A stretch of 63,433 nucleotides of DNA from Neoconidiobolus thromboides FSU 785 (lineage: Eukaryota > Fungi > Entomophthoromycota), in assembly GCA_025603075.1 (NCBI GenBank), contig MU626379.1:1-63433 (forward strand), given 5' to 3'. This document shows positions 38,023 to 50,299 of this stretch, piece after piece; within the stretch, counting starts at the first letter, position 1, and each line of letters begins with the position of its first letter. The notes beneath the pieces were generated by a model that did not search any database, was not told where the DNA came from, and saw only the letters and a list, made by a program, of their open reading frames with translations. The position numbers and the translations under genes are program-made.

Positions 38023-39180
38023 ATGAGAGTTATCACTATATTAGCCATTTCAAGCAGTTTAATTTCAGCAATTTTTGCCGAATTAGCTCCACTTCGTCAA
38101 GTAAAAAATAGTATACCAGACGAATATATTATCAACCTAAAAAAGGACACTCGTACCACTATTGATGCTCATTTGGATGTTGTCCAGTCTTTATTTAAAG
38201 ATCGTAGTGATAGTAACAAAATCAAAAATGTTTACAAGAACCTTGGGAAGATGTACCATGCTAAATTTACTCCAGAAATATTAGATAAAGTTAGAAACCT
38301 TCCTGATGTTGATTTTGTTGAGACTGATGGTAAAGTTAGTATACAAGCCGTTCAAACAAACGCACCATGGGGTTTAGCTCGTATTTCTCAAAGACAATTT
38401 ACTAATAAATCCACCTATACTTATAATGGAGATGGTAATGGCGTAGTAGTATATGTTGTCGATACTGGTATTGCTATTGGTCATCCAGAATTTGAAGGGA
38501 GAGCCGTATGGGGAGCCAATTTTGTTAATGGGAGCCCTAACAATGATGAAAACGGCCATGGTAGTCATTGTGCTGGCACTATAGGGTCACGCACCTATGG
38601 TGTAAGCAAAAAGGTCACAATTGTTGCCGTCAAAGTATTAGACAAAAATGGTTCAGGATCTTGGAGTGGTATTATCTCTGGCTTCAATTGGGTAGCTGGA
38701 GACCGCCGCGGTGCTAAAGGAAATATCATCTCTGCAAGTTTGGGTGGTGGTAAAATCGACTCAGTTAACAATGCTGTTGATGCTGCTACAAGTAAAGGTG
38801 TGTTATGTGTTGTAGCAGCTGGTAATGATAACAAAGATGCCTGTGATGTATCCCCAGCTTCTGCTCAAACTGCTTTTACTGTTGGTGCCTCTGATATTAA
38901 TGATAACAAAGCTTCGTTTTCGAACTATGGTCAATGTGTCGATATTATTGCACCAGGTGTCAATGTATTATCAACCTGGAATAATGGTGGTACTAATACC
39001 ATTTCTGGAACTTCTATGGCTACCCCTCACGTCGCTGGGCTCGCTGCTTACTATTATTCTCAAGGGTCATACACTATTCCACAAATTAAAGCTCAACTTC
39101 AAAACACTTCTACTAAAAATGCTATTAAGGGATTCAGTTCAACCACAAAGAACTATTTAGCATATAATAGTGTCGCATAA
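38023..39180 (+). CDS. Secreted subtilisin (S8A, proteinase K type) paralog, single exon
   Basis: Same architecture as 34731-35894, with VVDTG, NGHGSHCAG, AAGN and GTSMATPHVAG; the two genes are divergently oriented. Confidence 0.97.
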   Translation: MRVITILAISSSLISAIFAELAPLRQVKNSIPDEYIINLKKDTRTTIDAHLDVVQSLFKDRSDSNKIKNVYKNLGKMYHAKFTPEILDKVRNLPDVDFVETDGKVSIQAVQTNAPWGLARISQRQFTNKSTYTYNGDGNGVVVYVVDTGIAIGHPEFEGRAVWGANFVNGSPNNDENGHGSHCAGTIGSRTYGVSKKVTIVAVKVLDKNGSGSWSGIISGFNWVAGDRRGAKGNIISASLGGGKIDSVNNAVDAATSKGVLCVVAAGNDNKDACDVSPASAQTAFTVGASDINDNKASFSNYGQCVDIIAPGVNVLSTWNNGGTNTISGTSMATPHVAGLAAYYYSQGSYTIPQIKAQLQNTSTKNAIKGFSSTTKNYLAYNSVA

Positions 39181-39884
39181 ATAAACTTAATAAATTGTAG
39201 CACAAATCATTTTAAGATAATTTTCTTTACACTATTTTTTATCTCTTCAAAGCTTAAAAAATACTTAGTCATCAGTTCAATCAAATATATTTATAACTAA
39301 AAGTACTAACTGTAAGTAATAATAGTAACTTAAAGTATATACAAGTAACTTATTGGAATCATTGGTACAGCAATACAATATTCTTATAAGCTTTTATAAA
39401 AAAATTTCAATATCACTTCATATCTCTTTGTTTGTTGTTCATTATAGCATAAAATATAGTACTTATAGTCCATTTATATAGCATTTGTATTATAACACAT
39501 ATAGGGAGCCGAGGTATCATTTAGTTAATTATTGACTTTATTTAGCTAATGGCTCTGATATGTTTAATGCTTTGTTAATATAATACTCTAGAGCCATCAG
39601 TAATACCTTCAGTAAAACAGGTTCTTGTAGTTTTGAAGTGCTTCAACTAGACTTTTAAATCAAGTAAACAAATCCAAAAGGATGAACATCCCAGTACTAA
39701 CAATATCATACTACATGATAGTAATAGTTTATGTGTTTTAAGCTATTTTCTTAAATTTAATTCTCTTTACGTGGTTATTTAATAAAATGCTAAGATTAAA
39801 TATGATGATTGATTTTTATTTTTACCAAAAATAATTTATAAAAAAGTTTGACAAAATTTTGCATAACTCATAAAGTGAAGAAAC

Positions 39885-39991
39885 ATATGGGGGATATTTT
39901 TTTGGCTTCATTACTTTTTCGATGTTTTAAACACTATTTGAGTGAAAAAATTGTTAGTAAAATTCTTAAATACAAGAATACATCCACATAT
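39885..39991 (+). mobile_element. MITE-like element, copy 10
   Basis: ATATGGGGGATATTTTTTTGGCTTCATTACTTTTTCG...ACATCCACATAT. Confidence 0.85.
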
Positions 39992-40668
39992 AATAGTTCT
40001 ATTTCAATTCTAAACAATTGTTTTTTATTTGGAATAAAATTTTATTCAAAATAGGAAATTTTTTTAGGGTGAAGGGGAAACTACCTATTTAGTTAGTACA
40101 GTAGTGCCCTTTACTAAGGGATATACTGCATTGACCCAATATTTTAGTTTAAGCCACAAGCTTTTAGTTAACTTGTTACAGCTGTTCCAACTCTTTTTCG
40201 AAGTATTTAGTGGTGATTTTTATGGCCAGGTTATTTATTTAACTGATTTTTAATTTAAATCTAAATTTCAATAGTATTTTGTGAATTTTACTCTAAAATG
40301 AACAAATAATAATCTTGAAAAAGGGTAGAATAGCTGTATAAATTAAAAGCATTAAACAAGATAAGGTCAAAAGACAAATGATATTGCAGAACTAATACAT
40401 TGGCTATATCTTCAAAACATATCTTATAAAATCAATTGGATGAGGCTAAATTTTGATTGATTTCGGTTAACAATATTGTTCAAAACAACTACTTTGACGA
40501 TATTTTTATTAGTTCCAATTTTGTTAGCTTTTAATTTAAGGGATTATTGGTATGTAGATTTCACAGATAATAAATTAATGGAAAACTAAATTTTACTTCA
40601 TTCCAAAATTAAGCTACAAATTAGCTAATTCTATAATAAACTTGTTGCTGTTATTTACAAGCTTTACA

Positions 40669-42533
40669 ATGAGGTAATAGAATTTGGGGTTTTAATTAGC
40701 TATAGTTTAACCCACCTTTAGCCAAAAAGGTACTTATCGTGGATATGAAAGGAATCCACAGCCTCAACTCAATGATAGAGGTAAACACACCAACTCGCAT
40801 CGTAATTCGCCACGTCAAAATGATTTGGACTACGATAGAAGCAGGCATGCCAACTCGCATCGTAATTCGCCACGCCAAAACGAACTAGATTACGATAGAA
40901 ATTCAGACAGGAGAAGTTACAGAGCAGACTCAAATAGTAGAAATGGTTACAAAGATTCCTATAGATCACCAAATAATAGTCGACGCAGAGAGTATACAAA
41001 CGAATATCCAAGGTCACCAATAGCCAATACTAATAGAGCCAACCATCGAAACTCAGAAAGATCGCCTTATAGGTCAACAAATCGTGTGAGCAATGGAGGC
41101 TATGGATCTAATGGGCATGCTATCAGTAGGACGAGTACACGTAATGAGAATGAAAATGGAAGATCTCTAGAACGTAGACATAATAGAAATAAAAGTACTT
41201 CACCACAAAGACAAAGAAACAATGGTCGTGAGCCTGTTCGAGAACCTACTCTAACTCGAGAGCCCCGAGTCCACGAGCCTAAAGCTATGGATGCTGAGTT
41301 AAAGTTACATTTTTCAAATAGGATTGAAAAGCTTAAGAATCAAATACCAAAGGGGATTACAAAATACACGGATAGAACTTCGGTTGGGGATTCTTTTAGG
41401 GTATATTTTAAGGATGAAAGATGTAATGTACAGTATAAAGATAAAATTACACTTAATCCAAGGCCTCTGTCTGAAATGAATATGCCTCTATTAACTCCAG
41501 AAGAGTATAGAAAGGCTTTGTGGCCATCTTTTCCAGGCGCTGTCGATAATTATGAATTATATAGAATCTCAAGTAAGTTTATCTTTTGCTTTAAATTTTC
41601 ATATCTAATAGTAATTTCAGTTCCTAAGCCAAAGGAGTCAATAATGGAAGAAAAAGAAAAGTATTTCGATAAGGTATTTTTAAGCTTTAAAAAGTTTGGC
41701 GAGGATAAAACAATCGAGAAAAACAAAGTTAAGTTTTCTTCAGAAGATTCTGTATATAATCCAGTTGAACAAGAGGTAAGTAAGGTAGAGTTTTCAGATG
41801 AAAGAGTTGAAAGGTAATTGGATTTTTATACTATATCTTTCATTTTCATCTCTCTGTTTAGATTATTGGATAATATAGCAAGGTTCTGTAACCGAGGGTA
41901 TGGAAATGCGATTTCAAATGAGGCTAAAACGAAAGAAGCAGGGTATATTCAATTAGTTGAAGCAGGTATCCTTAAGGTTGAGGTTCTTCAAACATATTTA
42001 GTAATTAAATTCATTTTTATCAACTTATTTAAATAATTTAACCTAATTGGTAGAGCTCTAAAAAAAGCTTCAAGTCTAAATTCCAATTATTGGCTGAAAC
42101 TTCCAATTATATTGATCGGCTACAAAGCAACTTGGAATATGACGATCCACCAAGTTACATTACTTCCTTATTAGACTTACTAAGAGCTTCTGTCAATTCC
42201 ACTGCCATCAATATTATCAAAAAAGCAAACGTTTATAAAAATCCTTATTATAATCATATGAGTGAAGTGAATGATTTTCTTTTTTGGAAAGCTTCTTCAG
42301 CCATAAGAGCTTTCCATTATAGTTTTACTAAAAACAAACTTAAGTCAGAGTTCCCTAAAACGTATAATCTTATGGGAGCTAATGGTAATACCTTGAAATT
42401 CCCTTCAATCTGGATCACTACAGTTGTAATTGGAGATTCGGTTGCGTTCTGTCGCTCAGTCATTGATGAAATGGTAGAAAAGTTGGCAGTGGAAAACTTT
42501 GGAAGGGCTCCTGTTACCCAATTTATTGAATGA
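40669..42533 (+). CDS. Hypothetical protein with R/S/N-rich low-complexity N-terminus and unrecognised C-terminal region, multi-exon
   Basis: ATG AG|intron 40674-40721|C CAA gives MSQKGTYRGYERN in frame with ORF 40825-41817. Further short GT-AG introns (e.g. 42001-42053) join ORF 42090-42533. Confidence 0.6.
40791..40900 (+). repeat. 60-bp coding tandem duplication
   Basis: CAACTCGCATCGTAATTCGCCACG(T/C)CAAAA...TACGATAGAA occurs at 40791 and 40851 (NSHRNSPRQN(D/E)LDYDR twice). Confidence 0.9.
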
Positions 42534-43306
42534 ATTCGTAATTTGCTCTTGCTAATTATTTAACTAATTTATGTTTTGTTTAATTAAACATTCTTTCATT
42601 TATTTTGTTATAGAGTTTTATTCATTTAACATAAAATCAAGTATTACTAAATGAAATTTAATATTTTGTGTTTTATATTAATAGGGTAGTGGTTAGCTAT
42701 GAGTTGAAACATGTTCGTATAGCTACCTAACATGAAGTAATAGGTTGTTTTTGTCAATTTCGTAATTTATAATTACTTCAAGGATAATAAACACGCTAGC
42801 AAAATCTAATTTATATAACAAAGAATCTAGAACCTCAATGTAAAATAAAGACGTCTTTTATAAATTTTATTGAACAAATTAGTATACGTTCAATTGTGTA
42901 TTTTCATGTATTTTAAGTTTAAAAACAAAGTACATCATAGTTTACAATTTTATTTGTCTGCTTTTAGCACTTTCCAAAAATGGATTATTTGGCATTTAAA
43001 TGAACAGCTTGCCCGAATATTTAATTTTAAACAAACATAGTATATTGTACTTAAGTAATGTTAACAGTTGGTATTTAGATGTTACATATTGAAAATAATA
43101 ACTATTTGACAGATAGTAGCAAGCTTATTTAATACTCTTGAATTTTTTATATCTAATAAAACTCTAAATAAATGTTTTGATCAAAAAATTGTTTAAGTAC
43201 AAATGATCAAATAAGATAGAACAATCATTTGATTTTATAAAAAATAAATGTTTAATTAACCAGAATATTTGGTCACCATTTAGGTCCTTAAAATAAGTTT
43301 AAAAAT

Positions 43307-44323
43307 TTAACAACAGCCATTCTTATTGCCTCCGAAAGGTGTCTCATTCTCAGAATCCCTGCTGATACCAAACGCATTAGCCCCTCCTCCCTCTCTGAGT
43401 AGGTCAATTCTACCATTGCCACTGTTCAATCCAGATGCACGGGTAGTACGTGACATTAAAGACTCAAATGGGATTTTTTTGGCTATTCAAATGTTAATTT
43501 ATTTATTGATGGAAAAATTAATGCGTACCTATTTCTTTAAAAATCTCGGTTACATTCAATCCCGTTTTTGCTGATGTTTCAAAGTGAATAAGGCCTAACT
43601 CTTGGGCGTATTTAGATGCTTCTTCGAATGATACTTGACGTCCACCACTTTTTTGCACTTCTTCATTTTCTTCTCCTGAACCCACAGCTTCCTCTGGAAC
43701 CTCACTTTCTCCTTCGGATTGTGTAACTCCAGTAGAAGATTCATTTTCAGCTAAATCACACTTATTTCCAGCTAATGCTATAACAACATTAGCGCTAGCT
43801 TGATGAGTAAGTTCGTGAACCCAATGCTTTGCCTTTTTAAAAGAGCTCTAAAAGTAGGGATTAATGACTTGAAAATAAACTAAAAGTTGCTATTACAGGT
43901 TTAGTAATATCATAAACGACAATGGAAGCTTGAGCGTTACGATAATACATTGGAGCCAATGAAGAAAAGCGCTCTTGGCCAGCAGTATCCCAAATTTCAA
44001 ATTTAATAGATTTATCTCCAAGTTTAATTTTTTTAGTTAAAAAAGCAGCTACATAAATTAATGTTAATTTGGGCCTAGTTTAGGGGAAAAAATGTATTAC
44101 ATCCAATAGTTGGTTCTGTGTTTTCTTTAAAATCATCACTAGTAAAACGTAAAGATAAGCTTGATTTTCCAACTGCCGACTCTCCTTTTATAAAAGTTTA
44201 ATAAATTTTTCAGCTTCTTTGAGTTTCTTAATTACCTAATAAAACTAATTTAACATGCACTGTATTTTCTTTGTTGTTTCCAGGAGTATTGACCTCTTCT
44301 TGATGACTGCTTGATTCTGCCAT
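43307..44323 (-). CDS. Rab5-family GTPase (Vps21/Ypt52-like), multi-exon
   Basis: [13 protein letters not shown]|[34 protein letters not shown] and C-terminal GCC*. Confidence 0.92.
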
Positions 44324-45430
44324 TTTGAATTTAAAAGATTAAAGAATAAAAATTTTAATCTTGGAAAATATTAGTTTAAATTATTCAATTATAAAATATT
44401 TCATCATAACTGTAGCAATTTCTACTATTTTGGAAATAATGACTTTTTGAAACGTTTTTTTTGGGCTATTATGATTATGCTAAGCCATATACTAAGAGAA
44501 AATTTAAAGTGGCTATTTAAAAATAACTTTATTAAAAAAGGCTGATTTATAGAATGATAATTGAAGACGTATATTATTACAATGCATATTTGCTTCCCCT
44601 TTTTATCGATTTGTTGCTAAATTGTTCTTTTTAATGATTTTTTCTTTGTTATTCTTATCGTTATTAGGATAACTATTGGAACTATCATAAAACTATTCAT
44701 CTACTTCACTTCTATCTTACAACTAAATAATGCTTTAAATAAAGTTTGTAAATGATTCCACTATTTGCATAGTAATGGACAAAATCACACTCAAAACAAT
44801 AATAAATATATACAAACTTCAAGCCAATACCCATTGATCTCATCCCATATGTATTATAAAAAAATACGGTTTTTGATATTAAGCTGATTTAACCACACTA
44901 ATTTTTATAAATTTAACATCAAAATTATGAAGTATTTTTGAAATTACTGCCTTCAAATTAATCAAAAAGCAACTTTTTTATTTCACTATTAGTTGGCATT
45001 TTTTACTGTTTTATGCTAGACAAAAAATGAACAAAAAAATCAAATTTAAAAAATAGCCTAGCTAGAATTCCAATGCAGAAATTGTAATTTCTATTTTTGG
45101 TATGAGGTTTTAAGCTATTTTATTATGCAAAGGTGGGACCTATTATTAGAAGGTTTGGCAATGAGAGCAGTATGTATAAGAGACTAAATTCATCTAACTA
45201 GATAATATTTTTAGTTTTGTTGTGTATCTTTTGCAAAACAAATCAATATCAGCTTTAAGCAAATAACTTACTTAAACTATTTAATAAATTGCTTTCCCTA
45301 AAATTCAGTTCTAATTCATTAAAGGAACAAAAAACAATAAATTTTTACTAATTTAATCTTATTTATTAAATTCAGATCATAATTCAAGATTCCTTTGTTT
45401 TTTATAACATAATCCCGTCCTTTTGTTATC

Positions 45431-46427
45431 ATGACTAAAAAAATTACTGGATTAACTTCATCAAAGCCACTATTAATATCCTTAGTATGTGGGGCGGTAA
45501 GTTGATTATTAATCAGTTCAAAGTCCCTTTTTAATAGTATGATTTAGTTATTTTGGATTATGACTGTAGCTTCTGCAGCCTTGTCATCCAACGTAAGTCC
45601 CATAGTATGGTTTTATTTGGCTTTTTCTCTAGCTGTTCTCATTGGAATGACTGGAATATTAGTTACTGGAAACTTATACACTTATAGGGTTTTGGTAACT
45701 TTGCTTTAAAATGTATGATTAAGATAGACTAATTCAAATTAAGGTCCTATCTTTTTGTTCCATGGCGTTTGCTTTTTCTATCCTTGGAATTCAAGATTTT
45801 ACATCTAGCGTTGATGCTACACCCGTCATCGCTGTGGTTGGATTTCTACTTTTTACATTTGTATTGGTATGAATATTTATCAATTGATAGTTTAAAATGT
45901 TAATTTATTTATCTAGCTTTTCTGGATTTTAGCCATTGGACAGCTTACAACAAAATTAGAAAATCTACCAGATACACCTGTTGTTATGAACCCTTATTTG
46001 ACACCTAGAGCTTCAAATGATAAAATAAATTCAAGGACTTTTGATACCAACCCATTTGCAACAAGACAGCGCTTATCTCAATTTTTATCATCTGGAGATG
46101 AAAGTGAACCTATTTCAGCTAATCAAAACTCAAGTCAAAGTGCTACCATATATAAATTGAAAGCTAGAGCTTTATATTCATGTATTTATTTTTAAATTTT
46201 TACAATGAGGATTTATTAACGGTTTAAATAGATCAAGCCAACTCAGAAGATAAATCAGAACTTTCATTTGAAAAAGGAGAACTCCTCGAGGTTGGAGACA
46301 CCAAAGGGAAATGGTGGGCAGCACGTAATGAAAATGGAGTTACAGGTATTGTACCTTCGAATTATGTAATAGTTTTTTAACTTATTTTTGAATGAGATAT
46401 TAATTGTTTTAGCTTCAACTCTTATAA
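45431..46427 (+). CDS. SHO1: Sho1-like osmosensor (about four TM segments plus C-terminal SH3), multi-exon
   Basis: N-terminal hydrophobic exons; C-terminal KARALYS|[21 protein letters not shown]...GKWWAAR...GIVPSNY|LQLL*. Confidence 0.8.
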
Positions 46428-46873
46428 TGGTATTAGCAATAATTTAACTATAATGTATATCAAAGCCTTTAATTAATAATCTTGTGCTATATAAATTAAA
46501 TATGACAGCTTTGATCCTAGTTTTTATACATTATACTATTTGTTAGCTGTTAACAGCAATTCTTTCTACTTTGATAATAAATAATTTCTTATTATCTCTT
46601 TTCTTCTTATTAATATTCTATATCCTTATTTGGTCATAATAAATAAAGATTGCTTTGATTCCTTATACTAAATGTATTTTTACATAGTATATCGTTACAA
46701 ATTTATAGCCAAAATTTGGATAATTGCTATTCATTAATTTAAAATCCAATCCATTGAATAATAAATCTTAAGCACAAAATCCGAAAAATTTTAAACCTAT
46801 CAAACCTAAATTAAAGGTGCAATAATAGATAATAATTTCGGGAAACTTAAAAAGACTTTTATATAAAACTAAG

Positions 46874-48598
46874 ATGAATAACGATAGTGTAGCAGTAAAA
46901 AAGACTAAAACCAAGGCCAACAGGAAAGGAAAGAAACAATGGAGAAAGAACGTTGATCTTACTGAAGTTGAACAAAGTCTTGAACAGCTTGAAAAGCAAA
47001 AGATAACTTTTGGGTAAGTTATTAATTTATAAACTATCTCATTTCAGGTCCTAATATTTACCAAAGTGAAAAGTTATCTAAGAAAGGAGACGATGAGCTT
47101 TTCACTTTAGATGTTGGAGGTGCTCAAGAAGATGGTATGAATTATTTGTATCATTTTAAGCATTTGATTAATTCTTTTGTAGAAGCAAAACCTGAAAAGA
47201 AGAGGAAGTCCACCCTTGACATCATTTTAGGAAAACGTTCTGAAGTTCCAGCTATTATAAACCCTCGTCAACAAAACAGAGTGAGCAAAAAAGACAAGAA
47301 GCTACCTGTTATTAAACCACAAGTCAGACCTGTTGCTAAAAGTAGTGGTTCAAAGCTAATCGATTTATGGGATGAATCAGCAGGTAGATTGAGCTCTAGT
47401 CACATAGGTTTAAATCCTAATTTTTCTTAGTAGAAGTAAAAGCACCTCCAAAGGAGTATTTAGAGCATCTCGAACCAGTTATACCAAAGGTAAATTAAAA
47501 AGCTAGTTAATATTTTACTAATTTAAAACTTAGAAACCAGAAACAATTAAAAAAGTTGAGCTTAAAAAGAATGCTATTCATCCAGGAACATCTTATAAGC
47601 CATCTAAAGAGGATCATGAAGTAATATTATTTTACAAACTCAAGTTCTACTAATAAATATTTTTAATAGAACTTGAAAAAAGTAAGAGAAGAACAAAAAC
47701 AAAAGTATTTAGAGCATAAAGCGATCAAACATGATTTACCAAAACTATCCAAAGATGAACTTGCTATATCGGTACTTTTATTTTTCTAAATTTTTTATTG
47801 TGATTAGCTAAAATCCTAAAGGCCGAAGAAATGAAGCAAATAATTGTAGAAGAAAAAGAAAAAGAAGAAGAAGAGAGTGATGAAGAGGCTAAGCAAGTAA
47901 CTAAGAAGCAACCTAAAGCATTAACCAAAAAAGATATTAAAAATAAAATGCTAAAGAAAGGGATGGTAAGTCTATTATCAATAGTAAATACTTTACTTAT
48001 TTAATTATTGATATTAGGAAAAACGTCATTTAGAAAAAGTAGAAAGGAAGAAGCAAACTAAAGATATTTTAAAGTAAGAATAGTTTTGGTATTGTATATG
48101 GAATAATTTAATATTTAGTTTGGATACTATAACCAAAACTATTGAGGAAGAAGAGGTTAAGAAAGGGGAACATAAGGAAACACTCTTGGCCAAAAAAGTA
48201 GCCGAAGAAGGTAAAATACCTAGAAAGATTGGTAAAAAACGGTAAGATCATTGGTATTTGTTAGTATATTAAATTGATCCTTTTTTCATCATTAGTACCT
48301 ACGTTAATGAAATCGAATATGTAAAAACATTACCTGGAAGTTTAAGACAAGTTAAGGTAAACTTTAAAGTTTGAATAAGTGGAACGCTTTTTAAGTTAAT
48401 TATTTAGAATGGATGTAATTTGTTCAAAGACCAATTTATTACTGTACAACAAAACAACCTAATGGAACCTCATTCTGGAATAACGTAATTACTTTTATTT
48501 GATATAATATAAAATATTAATGAGTGTTTTTTCTAGTAAAAAACGAAAGGCATGGAAAAAGACATACACTCTTCCTGGTCATAGAGACCATGATTAGA
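46874..48598 (+). CDS. NOP53: Nop53/GLTSCR2 60S ribosome biogenesis factor, multi-exon
   Basis: NRKGKKQWRKNVDLTEVE, LFTLD (Mtr4 arch-interacting-like motif), IHPGTSYKP and C-terminal LPGSLRQVK|NGCNLFKDQF; Lys/Glu-rich throughout. Confidence 0.85.
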
Positions 48599-48904
48599 TT
48601 GATTACTAATTCGATTCCACTTCCTATATGTTATCTTTATATATTATAGATATTTTAATAGAATTATTAAGTTTACTTTTATTATTAATTAAAATTGAGT
48701 AACTTTAATTGTTTTAAATTCTAATATGCCTAATACTATTTTGAATTAATTTTGAAAATTAATAATGCTTTATACATAGCTATAAGGCGAAATATGACTA
48801 TAGCTACTAAAACATTTATAATTAATAAGCGGCATAATTTGACCATTACGTTTCTCAAAAAGAACTAAATAGATTTTATTAAAACTGCTATTGTTATTAT
48901 AAAC

Positions 48905-49744
48905 TTATTTGGTCTCATTTAACCAAAAGCACAGCTTAGAGTTAAGCCACTCTACGCTTAAATTATTTCTCCAAAAATGATCTGCATCTTTTCTTATATG
49001 ATATACCATATTATCAGTAGTCCTGCCCTCTTCAATATGCTCAAAAAAGTTACTGATCCATTCTTGATAGTGTTCTAAACTAGTAAACTGATCCCTAGTT
49101 CCAAAACATAAAAACAACTTCATTTCATCTGCTTTAGTCAATTCAACAGCTTCTTTTAGATATTGATTAAACTTTGTTGAATTGAATAAAGTTAACGCCC
49201 ATAAATAACCATAAGGGTAACTAATTAAAGCTAAATAGAAAGTTGTTATTTCACTTGATGTCTCTCCATTGATTTCTTTAAAAATCTGTTTTAATTTTTT
49301 AGAGTTAAAACTACTAGCTATCACTGATCCATAAGAATATCCTAATACCATCAATTTTTTACAGTTAAAGTTTGTTATTGGTGTATTTATTATATCTTTT
49401 AACAAACTTTCTTCTTTTAAAAAGATTGATTTTATCAATAAATAAAGGTCTTCACATTCAGAACTCCCAGTCCAAGTGGTCCTCCCACCTGAATTACCAC
49501 TCCCTCTTAAATTTGGTCGAATCACCAGATAACCAAGTAGGTTTAGTTGTCGAGATAAACTGACTATTAATGGATCGTGCATAGTTCCGCCCAAAGGACC
49601 GTAGGGGTGAAGTAAAATGGCTATCTTGTACTCCTTTTGAGTGGCTAGATCAACATTTAAAGGTAAAGAAATCAGTAGTTCAAGGTTTGTGGAGTCATAG
49701 GAAGTGAATGATAATTTTGTAACCATTTTTGAGTTTTGAAACAA
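48905..49744 (-). CDS. Alpha/beta-hydrolase fold protein, single exon
   Basis: HPYGPLGGTMHDP, PNLRGSGNSGG, nucleophile elbow GYSYGS, GTRDQF (Asp) and DADHFW (His). Confidence 0.88.
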   Translation of the reverse strand: MFQNSKMVTKLSFTSYDSTNLELLISLPLNVDLATQKEYKIAILLHPYGPLGGTMHDPLIVSLSRQLNLLGYLVIRPNLRGSGNSGGRTTWTGSSECEDLYLLIKSIFLKEESLLKDIINTPITNFNCKKLMVLGYSYGSVIASSFNSKKLKQIFKEINGETSSEITTFYLALISYPYGYLWALTLFNSTKFNQYLKEAVELTKADEMKLFLCFGTRDQFTSLEHYQEWISNFFEHIEEGRTTDNMVYHIRKDADHFWRNNLSVEWLNSKLCFWLNETK

Positions 49745-50122
49745 TAATAAACTTGTAGGTTATTTTAGATAAAATATAATGGATTTTATTTAAAACACTA
49801 AAATAGCAAAATAAAGCAAAAATTGTTCATAATTTAATTTGGTGTGTCTTAATGAAATATTTTCAATTACGTTATAATCTGTTAAATCTATATCTGATCT
49901 AACAGGGTGGACAAAAGTAAAAGAGCATTAGGTCAATAGTTATATCAAACTAAAATTAACAATTTATAAGATTTCAAGGTTTGGAAAAAGAAAAAACAAA
50001 TGATCAAGCGTTATCCAAATTTTCTAGTCTTAATTTGTTTTATATACTTATATTTGATTGAATCATTATCCTCTTTATTGTCAACATTATTTGTATTTAA
50101 AATATTTTACATCATTTTCGAT

Positions 50123-50224
50123 CATATGGGGACATATTGTGTTTAAGAATTTTACCATCTTTTAAGCGCTATTTGAGCGGGAAGATTGTTAGTAAAATTC
50201 TTAAACACAATACGTCCCCATATG
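50123..50224 (+). mobile_element. MITE-like element, copy 11, with 33-bp near-perfect inverted arms
   Basis: 50123-50155 is the reverse complement of 50192-50224 with one mismatch; the centre is the family core AAGCGCTATTTGAGCGGG. Confidence 0.9.
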
Positions 50225-50299
50225 TACAACCAAAACAAGTAGATTGAATATTTGGCAATGAAAGGGTCGGATGTAAAAATTCTATTGATAAACCCATCA

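Noticed and set aside
40108-40140. Hairpin CAGTA-GTG-CCCT...AGGG-ATA-TACTG preceded by TA, resembling a pogo/Tc1 end or small RNA
   Set aside because: Single occurrence with no matching second terminus or snoRNA boxes.
41966-42053. GTATCCTT, a possible U12-type 5' splice site
   Set aside because: Its phase (1) is incompatible with the downstream acceptor at 42053 (phase 0). A normal GTAATT donor at 42001 gives an in-frame 53-nt intron, and there is no good TCCTTAAC branch site.
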